A DNA stretch of 64,000 bases from an uncultured archaeon (GTDB taxonomy: Archaea > Asgardarchaeota > Thorarchaeia > Thorarchaeales > Thorarchaeaceae): the NCBI GenBank assembly GCA_964610875.1, contig CAZSWP010000002.1, positions 52,531 through 116,530 of the forward strand, written 5' to 3'. Below, in pieces: positions 20,334 through 31,600 of the stretch (position 1 is the first letter of the stretch; every line of letters starts with the position of its first letter). The position numbers were made by a program, and so were the translations under genes. The notes beneath the pieces were generated by a model. The model did not search any database. It was not told the origin of the DNA and saw only the letters and a program-made list of their open reading frames with translations.

Positions 20334-21551
20334 ATGGCAGAGGCATTCTCAAAGCCTTCACGTAGAATAAGAAATATGGTTGCAAAAGAACTTAGATTGA
20401 TAGTCAAGGATAAAGTAGCCATATTACTGATTTTCCTCTTGCCAGCAGTCTTAATTGGAATGCTCTGGTGGGTTATGAATCAGAACGATATGGGTGGGAT
20501 GGGTCCCGGTTCATCAGATGTTGAAGATGTAGATGATGTCGATGTAGAAGACATCGATGATATCAATCCCGAGAATGCAACGGATGATTTCAGTTCGGAT
20601 ATAGTTCTCGGATTGATTGATTTAGATTCCACCCGTACGTATGATGGAGCAGACCTGTCGGAGAATTTCACTAATTATTTGAAAAATTTTGTGAAAGAGC
20701 TCATAATATATAACAATACAGATGATGCTTGGCAGGACCTCTATGAAGAAGAGATAGCGGGATATGTTGTAATTCCTGATGGATTTGAAGCGAACCTTAC
20801 AATAAATGAACCGACTTACGTTGAAGTGCATGTTGACGCGACCGATTTCTTGGCTGAATCACAGATTCAAGGAGTAGTCACAGGAGCCACTATTCTATTT
20901 AGAGCATCAAAACTTTGGATTAGGTCTGAGGTATTTCCATCTCTAAGTATTGAATTCGTACCGGAGGGTGGTGGATTCTATGAAGCCTCATTTGGGGGTT
21001 TCATTGTAGTATTCTCCAGCTATCTTGGAATTGCTATGACGGCTGCACAATCAATCGTAGGGGATACACCTCTTAGGAGAATGCTCTTGACACCTACGAA
21101 TAGACTTGAGGTCATTGTAGCCAAAGTACTAGGATATGTAGTTATAGGATTCTTCCAATCACTGTTACTTGTGACTCTCTGGGTACTTGCGTTTGATCTA
21201 AATTTGAATACAGGATTTGAGAGCTTAGTTATTATTATGAGCTTGACAGCACTTACAGGTTCTGCAACAGGAATACTAATTTCATCTGTGGCGAGTACAC
21301 GGTTACAAGCTAACCAGATGTTTTTGTTTGTTCTTTTTGCGACAGTGATTCTCTCTGGGTTCTTTGTCGATGTAGGAGCTATAGATGAAGTCCTTCCATT
21401 GAATCAAGGACTCAAGATATTAATAGATACGGCATTCAAGGGTCTTACATTGGTTGAAGTCTGGTTCCCTGTAATGAAGTTGCTAGGATTCTCACTAATT
21501 TCAATTCTATTGGCCACATTCATCTTCTCGAAGAAACCAACACTAGGTTAG
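20334..21551 (+). CDS. ABC-2 type exporter permease
   Basis: KELRLIVKD, TM1 plus large extracellular loop (LIDLD...VVIPDGF), LRRMLLTP.NRLEVIVAK, C-terminal TM bundle. Confidence 0.9.
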   Translation: MAEAFSKPSRRIRNMVAKELRLIVKDKVAILLIFLLPAVLIGMLWWVMNQNDMGGMGPGSSDVEDVDDVDVEDIDDINPENATDDFSSDIVLGLIDLDSTRTYDGADLSENFTNYLKNFVKELIIYNNTDDAWQDLYEEEIAGYVVIPDGFEANLTINEPTYVEVHVDATDFLAESQIQGVVTGATILFRASKLWIRSEVFPSLSIEFVPEGGGFYEASFGGFIVVFSSYLGIAMTAAQSIVGDTPLRRMLLTPTNRLEVIVAKVLGYVVIGFFQSLLLVTLWVLAFDLNLNTGFESLVIIMSLTALTGSATGILISSVASTRLQANQMFLFVLFATVILSGFFVDVGAIDEVLPLNQGLKILIDTAFKGLTLVEVWFPVMKLLGFSLISILLATFIFSKKPTLG

Positions 21552-21560
21552 GTGAAGGAT

Positions 21561-23246
21561 ATGACACAAAAGACTGAAAGTGAAACTACAACTACCGAAC
21601 GTCCATCCTTTGTGGAGGAAGCATATTACTCTGGAAATAGGGTTGGAGAGGCAATTGATTGGTGTCTAACACGACACGATAGAGAATTACACTGTGAGAT
21701 AGATGGTGTACTGACAGAAACCAAAGAGGAAGTCAAATTCAAGGGACGGATTCTCTCAGTAAAGAAGGGTGTCATATCCAGAAAACTGGCGATACTTGTT
21801 GAAGAGGACCTACGAAAAAAGAAGAAGGGAGACCTAGATATCGTACTTACGGTTGGTGGTAGAGACACACGACAAGAAGATGTAGCAGCCAGTCAAATAA
21901 CTATACAGAACTACTTGAAACGAGATATGTCAGACGACCTCTATTTTGATGGAAGAGAACTACAACAGGCAGCAAAAGACATTGCCAAGATGCGACACAA
22001 CAATCAAATTGCGTGTACTGTATGGGGAAAACGTGCATCTGACAATCGACCGATAATGATCACGGGTACAATCGTAGGTTCTAGTATTAGATTGCTTGAA
22101 CCAATACTACCAGAGGGATTCCTTGAAATCAGGGTAGAACCGGAGGATTCGGTAGGAGACTCGAAGATATTCACTGTAGCACAACCACAGTTGTTAATTG
22201 GGCCGCGAACTGACCCGAATCTAACGATAATTGCTGAGAAAGTATATGTTCAACCTTCTTCATGGATAGAAGCACCTGAATATAGGGATGTCTTGGAATG
22301 CAGAAATCTTACTGTAGCTTTGAAGAGTGGAAAGAAACTGATTGAGAATGTATCATTATCAATTAAGGAAGGCGAGATGTTAGCCATCATTGGGGAATCA
22401 GGTGCAGGTAAGTCAACAACAATCAAAGCACTCATAGGAGACATTCCAAGTACCGGTGTTGCGCGAATTGCAGGAATTGATTCAAGAAATGCCCAAAAAG
22501 TACGATATTTCTTTGGATATTGTCCACAAGATTTGTCATACATGTATGACACATTTACACCATTAGAAAATATCATTGCATTTGGAAAACAATATGACAT
22601 TCCAGAGTGGCAACTGATTCAGGAAGGCAAGACACTTCTTCGCGACTTTGGCATTTTAGAAAAAGGAAATAATCCAACAAAGGAACTAAGTGGTGGACAA
22701 CAACGTAGAGTGTCAATTGCTATAGCGTTAGTACATAGACCAAAAGTTCTGCTAATGGATGAACCCACTTCAGGTCTCGATCCGGATAATCGTAATGAGT
22801 TGTGGCATTTTCTTGACTATGTAAACAACGAATATGGTACCTCGATGGTGGTAATTACACACTACCCCATTGAAGCAGAATTTTGCGATAAAGTGGCAGT
22901 GTTTCTACGAGGCAAAAGTCTAGTTGCATTTGGGGCACCTGCAAAACTAAAGGAGTCCATGCCATCGAGAGGGTTCTCAGTTGCTGTGGTCTTGGAAGAT
23001 GTAGACCCTCGTGCTCTAAAAGCGCTAGAGAAGGTTGAGGGAGTTTCATTCGTTCTACAACGAGGAGAATTACTGAAAGTGTTCACAGAGGAACCCCTTG
23101 AACTCATTGCTGAACGATGTGTGACAACCCTGAACGAGAACGATATTCCTGTGAAAATTGTAAAAACCAAGGCAATTGCAGATATGGTAGATTACTATGT
23201 GGCCATTACTCGTGGGCTGATATCGGGTACGATTGAGCAATCATAG
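21561..23246 (+). CDS. ABC ATP-binding protein with ~240-aa N-terminal extension (TrmB C-terminal-like repeats)
   Basis: GESGAGKS, LSGGQQRR, LLMDEP, ITH; extension contains LTVGGRDTRQEDVAA. Confidence 0.88.
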   Translation: MTQKTESETTTTERPSFVEEAYYSGNRVGEAIDWCLTRHDRELHCEIDGVLTETKEEVKFKGRILSVKKGVISRKLAILVEEDLRKKKKGDLDIVLTVGGRDTRQEDVAASQITIQNYLKRDMSDDLYFDGRELQQAAKDIAKMRHNNQIACTVWGKRASDNRPIMITGTIVGSSIRLLEPILPEGFLEIRVEPEDSVGDSKIFTVAQPQLLIGPRTDPNLTIIAEKVYVQPSSWIEAPEYRDVLECRNLTVALKSGKKLIENVSLSIKEGEMLAIIGESGAGKSTTIKALIGDIPSTGVARIAGIDSRNAQKVRYFFGYCPQDLSYMYDTFTPLENIIAFGKQYDIPEWQLIQEGKTLLRDFGILEKGNNPTKELSGGQQRRVSIAIALVHRPKVLLMDEPTSGLDPDNRNELWHFLDYVNNEYGTSMVVITHYPIEAEFCDKVAVFLRGKSLVAFGAPAKLKESMPSRGFSVAVVLEDVDPRALKALEKVEGVSFVLQRGELLKVFTEEPLELIAERCVTTLNENDIPVKIVKTKAIADMVDYYVAITRGLISGTIEQS

Positions 23247-23264
23247 AGGAGGTAAATAGGGAGA

Positions 23265-26200
23265 ATGACCAAGAATGCATCAAGAGTCATAGTTCTCACA
23301 CTCCTAGCTTTATTCATATTCAGTTTATCTTCACCGATGGGGTCATCAAATGCTAGTCTGGATGACTCTCAGGAAAATTCTGCGGTCAAAATTGATTCTA
23401 GTTTGTTGAATTTGACAGGCAATGATCAAACAGACATTTTGATAGATTATAACGATGAGGAAGTGAATGAGCGCTTTATAGAGAATGCCTTACGGTCTGC
23501 GGATGCCTATGCGAAGGTCTTAGATAGTTTCTCAAATCTAGGGATAATTCACGCTAGAATCGCTGCAGACGCTATCAAAAGACTTGCGGAGAATGACTTT
23601 ATTGAGAGAATTACATCAAATACACCGGTAAAGATAGCACCTTTGGACTTCTATAATAAACCTGTACTTGCGAATGGAGAAGAATATGAATCACCAATAG
23701 ATCTCATTGGAGCAAGAGATCTATGGGATCTTGGGTATAACGGTTCTGGAACAGTTATTGCTGTACTTGATACCGGAGCAGATTTTCTCCATCCGGACCT
23801 TGATGATTTCGATGACAACGGAACAATTCTCTCTAAGGTCGCTGCTTTTGCCTCGTTCGTTGAGTTCGACTCATTACCTATAGATTTGATAGGACATGGT
23901 ACCTATGCTACTTCTGTGGCTGCAGGAACTGGCAACGCATCTGAAGGATTGTATGCAGGTATTGCTCCTGGCGCAACTATACTAGCAGCAAAAGTTACCT
24001 TCGGTGGATTATTGGCACTCCCCAACTGGATTGTGTCAGGAATAGAATGGGCATCAAGCAGAGGAGCGGACATTATTCTCATGCCGTTCAATACGTTCGG
24101 TACACCCGGGGATGCTGTTGATATTGCTGTAAAGGCTGCTGTTCAGAGAGGCATCTTTGTGGTGGCAGCTGCGGGAGATGATGGTCCAGATTATCTCACT
24201 GTTCTTTCCCCAGGAGGAGGCCCTGAATGCTTCACAGTAGGAGCTTATGATACAGTAAATGAAGAAGTACCAGCATTTTCTGGGAGAGGGCCATCTTTGG
24301 GCCTAATGACTAAACCAGACATTGTTGCGCCCGGAACAAATATAGTAGGTGCTAAAGCAGGTGCAGGATTGGGAGAGTTTGGATTGGGCGACCTCGACCT
24401 AAACGATGTTGGAGATTTTGGAGGGTTACTTGGAGATTCCTTAGGAGAATCTATTGATGAGAACTACATTGTAGCAGACACTACCGCTGCATCAGCCGCT
24501 ATTGTTGCAGGTGCCGCAGCAATTCTAATGCAAGCCTTTGATCGAGCAACGCCTATTGTGTTGGGTAATGTTCTCCGTGATACTGCAACAGAACTTCCAT
24601 ACGGAGCCAATGACGCAGGAGCAGGGCTGCTAAATCTACCGGCAGCCTTTGACTATCTCAGCAGAATACAATCTCCAAAGCAGCCAGAAAATAGGACAAC
24701 GGGAACACCCTTACTTGCATTTGGTATCACCAATGCCGCAGGTAGAAATGCCTCAACTACTCTTTTGATGAGTAACTTTGGGTCTACCTTGATTGCGTTA
24801 GATGACCGTGGAGTTCAGGAGACCAGTTTACATCTCTTAATGGGTATGTTTTCACTGAAATGGAATAATGAAGACCCCACCAACCTTTTGATGTTCGACA
24901 TTGAACGTGAACTTCACCAAGTAGCAGCAGCAGGAACAACGAACAACTATAATCGATATCTTGGAGTGCTTTCATATGATGATACATTATTTGTTACACT
25001 CGTTGTTGAATCCTATAATCTGAGTCTCGTGACTCCCCTGCCATTGACAGCATTCAAAATCACGCCTTATATTCTGAATCTTGGTGATTCCGTAATCGAT
25101 AATGTCAGTCTGTATTTGTCCTATTCACTTGATCTCTTCTCGGACGGTCTCGATGACCATGGAAAATATGCTTTAGGAAATCAAGAGCTCTTTGCTTACG
25201 GGATATCAGAAGACTATGGCAATTTTTACTTTGGCGTAAACTCAAGCAAAAAGCTTGATGCATTCGAGGTCGGCAATTCCTCTGAAATACCATCGCATAT
25301 TAGTAATGATAATCTTACAGGTTCTACATCATTCGATGGTTCTGTCGGATTGGGAATGAAATGGCACTTCGGACGAATATATCCAGGTCAGCCAGTGAAT
25401 GTTACCATTGTTACAGGATTTGGAGAGAATAGGACCATTCTTGATGCATCTATTCAGGATATATGGGCGAGAACGCCTTCTGCAACATTCACAAATCGTG
25501 GAGACCTCATTGTAATAAATGCAGATATACCAAGAACTGCACAAGCTGGTGTGACCTACAAATCAAAAGCAATAGTAATGAACGTCGGAGTAGAATCTTC
25601 TCCTATCATCGCTGCCATGATTATTGGAGAGGGAGAAAATGATAGCGGTGCGCTATTTGGCACGTATTTTAATTTTGAAGATGTAGAGCCGTTCCATGCC
25701 AAGTTAGTAAACACAGAATGGAGCCCAGAAAAAGAAGGACTACATACTGCAGGATGGGTAGTGGCAGGCGAATTAGGTGATGCTGTTGGTTTCATTTCAA
25801 GTCCCACACAAGTGTTAACCGAGTCAGCATTGACACTTTCAGATGATTTTCTGCTCAGAGACCTCTTTGTTGTAACTCCAATCACGTCAACATCCGTATT
25901 TCCCAAAATAGTGCCATTTGGTCCCTTTGACATTCGTTTTCCTATAGATTTTGGACTATATTCTTTCAGTTTATCCACAACTGTAGATTTAGGAAATCTT
26001 ACTATCATCCCCCATGGAAATGCAACTGATTGGGGAAATATGTCACTTAATGCTGTTGACTCGGTGAATGGGTTCTACAATTTTTCATTATTCCTACTAG
26101 CACCCTTTATCATGATGGATGGGTATCATAAGACAGATTATGTCCTTGAAACGGATCTGGGATGGACAACAAACATCACTTTGGAGAGGACCATTCAATA

Positions 26201-27644
26201 TCCAAGAGCAATGATGTTGATGGATACTTCACACGGTGGAGGGTTCAGCTCATTTTTGGGGGACGGTGATGGATTCAGTCTAGGAGGAGATACAGGGGGA
26301 GATGTTGGAGGGTTGCCAAGCTTTCCACTCGCGCAAGATGACTTTGGGGACATCGGTGGAGAAATGGATATTGGAGGAATTGGAGACTTGGGAAACCTAG
26401 GGTCTCTCGATGACCTGCTAGAGTCCATAAGGTTGACTACATTCTCAGGATTATCCAATATGAAGAAAATGATGGCAGAAAAGGGATTACAATTACTAGA
26501 GACACCAGGCTTGGAATTGGATCTTACACTACTATCCCAATTTTCAGCTGTCTTTATGTTTGCTCCATCAGAGGAATTCAATTCAACTGACAGGAGTATC
26601 ATGGCAAATTATACAGCAGGAGGAGGAAAGCTCATCCTCTTTGGTGACTATGAAGATAGAGCAAACCTCACTGTGATTAATGGCCTGCTTGAAAAATACG
26701 GATATGAGATGCGAGGAAAACATGAGAAAGAAAATACTACTGAGATAGTAACCGATTCAATTCTAGGAACAGGAATGAGCTCCATGTGGCTTGGCGGAGG
26801 AACATTCATTGTAAACAATCATTCCTTTAGTAATGTAAATCTCGATGGAAACCCGGTTGTTCTGGTTGATGAGTCAGTGCCAGAGCTAGTTCTATTTGGT
26901 TCATCGAGAATATTCATGAATAAACATCTTGTGAAAGAAGATAATGAGATTCTTCTTGGAAACCTGATAGAGTATTTGCTTCTTGATACTCTGACAACTC
27001 GAACAAGTCTTTCGGAAAATACAACTAGATATCGTGCAGGTCAGAGTGTATATCTCAATCTAGAGGTCTATGACTATTATGGAGACCCTGTCAATGACCT
27101 ATTCGTTGCAATAGTGTTCGAGCTGCCCAATGGAAATCAATCATTCTTCATTGCAGGATTTGTTGAAGATGGTCTCTACTCATCGCAATTCACACCAAGC
27201 ACATGGTCTAAGGCTGGAAAGATAAATGGCATATTCATTATCCTGAGAGATGAATACGCAGGGACATACGCCAGTATTAGTTTTGAGCTATATGAAGATG
27301 AGAAACCAATACCTACTGAAGAACCAACAAGTCTGCTCACACTACCCCAAATCGCATTTATTGTATCGATTGGGATGTTTGGAACTACAATCACCCTCCT
27401 CGTTCTCAACAAGTATCAGCGTGGGAAAAGGTATAGAATCATAGAGGCAGATACAACGTTGACACAGGATATTGATAATTCATTCAATATGTTACTAGCG
27501 ACTTTCGTCCAAATGGAAGATTTAATCTCAAGAGAAGATATGGACCGTATTCAGAAAGTGGAAGCACTTCGCACATTGATGGTCAGCTTGGAGAAGGCTC
27601 GGAAAGAGTTTGAGAATATCAGTGACAAAGTGGGAGGCGTATAA
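23265..27644 (+). CDS. Membrane-anchored S8 subtilase-like protein (catalytic Ser absent) with GIFT/GldG-like domain
   Basis: Signal peptide, prodomain, VLDTG, GHGT, FSGRGP, KPDIVAPG, DTTAASAAIVAGAA; DTSHG..APSEEF..GGGKLILFGD domain; TM at ~27351-27408; helical cytoplasmic tail. Confidence 0.85.
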   Translation: MTKNASRVIVLTLLALFIFSLSSPMGSSNASLDDSQENSAVKIDSSLLNLTGNDQTDILIDYNDEEVNERFIENALRSADAYAKVLDSFSNLGIIHARIAADAIKRLAENDFIERITSNTPVKIAPLDFYNKPVLANGEEYESPIDLIGARDLWDLGYNGSGTVIAVLDTGADFLHPDLDDFDDNGTILSKVAAFASFVEFDSLPIDLIGHGTYATSVAAGTGNASEGLYAGIAPGATILAAKVTFGGLLALPNWIVSGIEWASSRGADIILMPFNTFGTPGDAVDIAVKAAVQRGIFVVAAAGDDGPDYLTVLSPGGGPECFTVGAYDTVNEEVPAFSGRGPSLGLMTKPDIVAPGTNIVGAKAGAGLGEFGLGDLDLNDVGDFGGLLGDSLGESIDENYIVADTTAASAAIVAGAAAILMQAFDRATPIVLGNVLRDTATELPYGANDAGAGLLNLPAAFDYLSRIQSPKQPENRTTGTPLLAFGITNAAGRNASTTLLMSNFGSTLIALDDRGVQETSLHLLMGMFSLKWNNEDPTNLLMFDIERELHQVAAAGTTNNYNRYLGVLSYDDTLFVTLVVESYNLSLVTPLPLTAFKITPYILNLGDSVIDNVSLYLSYSLDLFSDGLDDHGKYALGNQELFAYGISEDYGNFYFGVNSSKKLDAFEVGNSSEIPSHISNDNLTGSTSFDGSVGLGMKWHFGRIYPGQPVNVTIVTGFGENRTILDASIQDIWARTPSATFTNRGDLIVINADIPRTAQAGVTYKSKAIVMNVGVESSPIIAAMIIGEGENDSGALFGTYFNFEDVEPFHAKLVNTEWSPEKEGLHTAGWVVAGELGDAVGFISSPTQVLTESALTLSDDFLLRDLFVVTPITSTSVFPKIVPFGPFDIRFPIDFGLYSFSLSTTVDLGNLTIIPHGNATDWGNMSLNAVDSVNGFYNFSLFLLAPFIMMDGYHKTDYVLETDLGWTTNITLERTIQYPRAMMLMDTSHGGGFSSFLGDGDGFSLGGDTGGDVGGLPSFPLAQDDFGDIGGEMDIGGIGDLGNLGSLDDLLESIRLTTFSGLSNMKKMMAEKGLQLLETPGLELDLTLLSQFSAVFMFAPSEEFNSTDRSIMANYTAGGGKLILFGDYEDRANLTVINGLLEKYGYEMRGKHEKENTTEIVTDSILGTGMSSMWLGGGTFIVNNHSFSNVNLDGNPVVLVDESVPELVLFGSSRIFMNKHLVKEDNEILLGNLIEYLLLDTLTTRTSLSENTTRYRAGQSVYLNLEVYDYYGDPVNDLFVAIVFELPNGNQSFFIAGFVEDGLYSSQFTPSTWSKAGKINGIFIILRDEYAGTYASISFELYEDEKPIPTEEPTSLLTLPQIAFIVSIGMFGTTITLLVLNKYQRGKRYRIIEADTTLTQDIDNSFNMLLATFVQMEDLISREDMDRIQKVEALRTLMVSLEKARKEFENISDKVGGV

Positions 27645-27646
27645 TT

Positions 27647-28624
27647 CTGAGCGAGCATCCTGAACGTGAGATTGACATCTACGATCTAAAAGTTGCCTTT
27701 GGGGACTTCTATGCACTAAAAGGTGTCACGTTCTTTGCGAATAAACGCGAGTTCTTAGGGATCATTGGTGCTTCAGGAGCTGGAAAGACTACTGTTCTCA
27801 GAGTTCTCACTGGTCAGATTGCTCCAACTGACGGTAGTGCCTATGTAGGCGGTTATGATGTAACAAAGAAGAGTGACCTCATCAGTCTGCTTGTGGGCTA
27901 CGTTCCGCAACTCGAACATCTCAGTCTGTACTATGACTTCTCAGCACTTCAGAACGCACAGTTCTTTGGACGTCTATTTGGTATTAAACCAAAAGAGATT
28001 GAAAAACGTGCGAGAAACATTCTCGAGATTCTTGGATTCGATGAAGACTTGATGACCAAAGATGTAGACAAGCTTAGTGGTGGTGAACGGAAACGTGTGT
28101 CCATTAGTCTGGGGATGATACACAATCCGCCAGTATTGCTTCTTGATGAACCGACAACTGGATTGGACGCGCATCTCAGACACGAAACTCTCAATTATCT
28201 CAAAGAGCTGAATTATGAGCTCGGCACGACAATGGTGATTATCTCGCATGATTTAGAAATCGTAGACTACTGTACCAGAGTGACCCTGTTGGAGGATGGA
28301 CTGGTCAGTCAGTTTGGTTCACCACAGGATCTGATTTCAACACTCCCCGGAAAGGGAGAGAGTCTACGTTTAGTCATGCCGAACATGTCACCCGCAATTG
28401 TTGAGAGAATTGCAAAACTCCCAGGTGTTAAATATATGGCCAGGTCTGGTCGAAACGCGATGAAGCTTTTCATTGATAAACCTCGAGAAAATATGCTTCC
28501 AATAATGAGGGAACTCAATGAGATGAAATTACCATTTGAAGAGGTTGCTCTCACTGAAGCAGACTTCTTTGACTTTTTCCAAGTAAAACCTTGGAAGAAA
28601 GAACAAGTTGAGGTGGCGACATGA
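27647..28624 (+). CDS. ABC ATP-binding protein with non-canonical (CTG/ATT) start
   Basis: Frame of the 27893 ORF is open back to 27626 and encodes ALKGVTF..GIIGASGAGKTT; LSGGERKR, LLLDEP and SHD lie downstream; GGAGG at 27633-27637. Confidence 0.88.
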   Translation: MSEHPEREIDIYDLKVAFGDFYALKGVTFFANKREFLGIIGASGAGKTTVLRVLTGQIAPTDGSAYVGGYDVTKKSDLISLLVGYVPQLEHLSLYYDFSALQNAQFFGRLFGIKPKEIEKRARNILEILGFDEDLMTKDVDKLSGGERKRVSISLGMIHNPPVLLLDEPTTGLDAHLRHETLNYLKELNYELGTTMVIISHDLEIVDYCTRVTLLEDGLVSQFGSPQDLISTLPGKGESLRLVMPNMSPAIVERIAKLPGVKYMARSGRNAMKLFIDKPRENMLPIMRELNEMKLPFEEVALTEADFFDFFQVKPWKKEQVEVAT

Positions 28625-31600
28625 AGCCGTATCAAATACTATTAGCAGTAGCCGTTGTTTGTGTTGTATTGAGCCTGCAGACACCATTTGCTGGAGATAG
28701 CATGCAGGGGAGTCCTGTCGAAATTGAAGGGGACACTATGGCTGTTGCTGACCTTCTGCCATTTGAAACAGCTCTTGTATGGGAAGAGAATACAGGTTCT
28801 GAAATTGTTGATATCGTGGTTGCCAATTTTGATACTGATGCCCGTGATGAGATTGCAGTTATTACCGCAAATGGCACACTCATTGTTTTTGATGATAATA
28901 ATACCAGATTACTAGTGAAAGATTTGGAGGCGACTCCCTATGATATTGAGAGCATTGCAGCAAACGCTGGGTCAGCTCTAGAGATACTTGTTAGCACCAG
29001 CAAAGGTGCGTCTGTCTACACTACTGTTGGGACCCTAGTGACGAATGTCACACTCCCAGACGATGTTCGAGTGGCACGCGCAGCTGACTTGAATGCTGAC
29101 AACATAGACGAATTGATTCTCGGTTGTGACGACTGGAACGTGTACGCGTATTATGTCAATGGCACACAAGCGTGGATGTGGAGAAGCAATGCACCAGTAC
29201 GCTTGCTTGAAACTGCCGATGCAGATTCTGACACATTTGATGAGATATGGTGTGCTTCAACGCAAAGAAATGTTACGTATTTAGAGGAAGATGGGAATAA
29301 GACATTCTCCAAACTGGCAAGTGCGACGGTCAATGCAGTCGAGATTGCAGACCTCACAAACACCGGAAATCCTCAGCTCATTTACGGAGATGCCAATGGG
29401 AATATCCTATCCTATCTCTATCTTGACATACTGGTTGACTCTATCACCACTCCAAATGGCGTGACTGCATTATACGGTGATGATCTTATTACAGGTGGAA
29501 CACTGGAATTGGCTGTAGGCACAACCATAGGACAGGTTCGCATCTATAATAGCACCCTCGATTTGCAATGGAACAAATCAATCACTAACCAAGTTTCCAG
29601 TATCGCGATGGCAAATGTTGCTGGTTCAACGGATAGCCATGTCATAGCAACAGCAGGAAGTACTGTCACATTATTCAATGCAACCGGATATAGAATCACA
29701 GAGAGCACATTGGTTGGAACACTCACAGCCCTAGACACCGGAGACCTTGATAATAACGGGAATGCAGAATATGCCCTTGGAACCACCACAGGCCAGGTCA
29801 GCATCTATGGACTTGATGCTGACAGAGACGGCCTTGCAGATGCACGAGAAACCATTCTGGTAGGTACAGATCCCAATGACCCTGATACTGATAACGACAA
29901 TCTCGATGATGGTGAAGAGGTTCTCACATACAACACTAATCCATTGAAGGCGGATAGTGATAATGACAAGCTCTCCGACTTCGCTGAAGTTATCACACAC
30001 AACACAGACCCCAACGACCCTGATTCTGATAACGATTTGTTGACTGACTGGCAAGAGGTCTACCTCGGTACAGACCCTAATGATGCCGATAGCGATAACG
30101 ATTCTCTCACAGATTATGAGGAGAATAATGTCACAGAAACCAATCCCAATCTTGCTGACACAGATGAAGACGGAATAAATGATGCTCAAGATGACAACGA
30201 TGGCGATGGACTCACCAACTTCCAAGAAGTTCGACTCACTGAGACCGACCCCAATGAGGTTGATTCTGATAACGATGGCATAGACGATTATAATGATGAC
30301 GAAGATGCTGATGACCTCAAGAACTGGAAGGAGATATCCGTAGGCTCTGATCCACTCGACCCAGACTCTGATGATGACCAACTACTTGACGGAGCAGAGG
30401 TGAAGATACACAAGACCTCGCCGATTGACAGTGATACTGATGATGACGATCTGACAGACTATGAAGAGGTCGTGATTGTAGGTTCGGATCCAAGAAAAGC
30501 TGACACGGATGAAGACGGTCTTGATGACTATGAAGAATATTACACATATGGGACAAATGTATCAGACAGTGATACTGACCATGATGGTCTCAATGATTTT
30601 GCGGAGATAAACACCTATTCCACAAATGCCACGGACCCTGATACTGATGCAGATGGCCTGACTGATGGTGAAGAGGTTAATATCTATAGTACAGATCCCA
30701 ATTCTAATGATACTGATTTGGATGGCTTGACCGATTTTGAAGAAGTAGACACCTGGAATACAGATCCAAATCTCTCCGACACTGATGGAGATACTCTAGG
30801 TGATGGGCTAGAGGTAAACACATACTTGACCAATGCAACATCAAAGGACACAGACAATGATGGCGTGTTCGACCAGCATGAGATACAGTACTGGAATGCC
30901 ACAGTTGCAAAGAATGCAACCTTCTTCGAGGCCGGAAAATTAGACTATGATGCAGATCCAGATGGTGACAATCTGACCAACGGGGAAGAGATCTACTGGA
31001 CCAAGACAGACCCAACAAAAGATGATTCAGATCTTGATGGAATTACTGATGACGATGAGGACTCGGATTTAGATGGTCTGACGAATTTATTCGAACTCCG
31101 TACCTCATTCACGTTACCAAGAGACCCCGACAGTGATGATGATGGTCTCAAAGATGGAGATGAATGGTATATCACAGGAACTGACCCAAATGACGAAGAT
31201 AGTGATGACGACTCCATTTCAGACTATGATGAAGATTCTGATGATGATGGTCTCAGCGACGGAATTGAATTGTATATAACTCAAACCTTGACTAACGACA
31301 CTGATAGTGACAACGACTCCATATCGGATTATTATGATGATGAAGATGGGGATCAGCTACCAAACTGGTTTGAAGTTGAAATGACAGGAACTGACCCTCT
31401 CTATAATGATACGGATGATAATGGAGTCTTCGATTGGGAAGAAGACCCAGATAATGATGATCTCAACAATCTAGAAGAGCTGAATGCAGGAACTGACCCT
31501 CTAAATCCCGATTCCGACAATGATCAGCTTACAGATGGAGAAGAAGTAAATGAAGTTCTCACAGACCCCAACGATAGTGATAGCGATGACGATGGGATAC

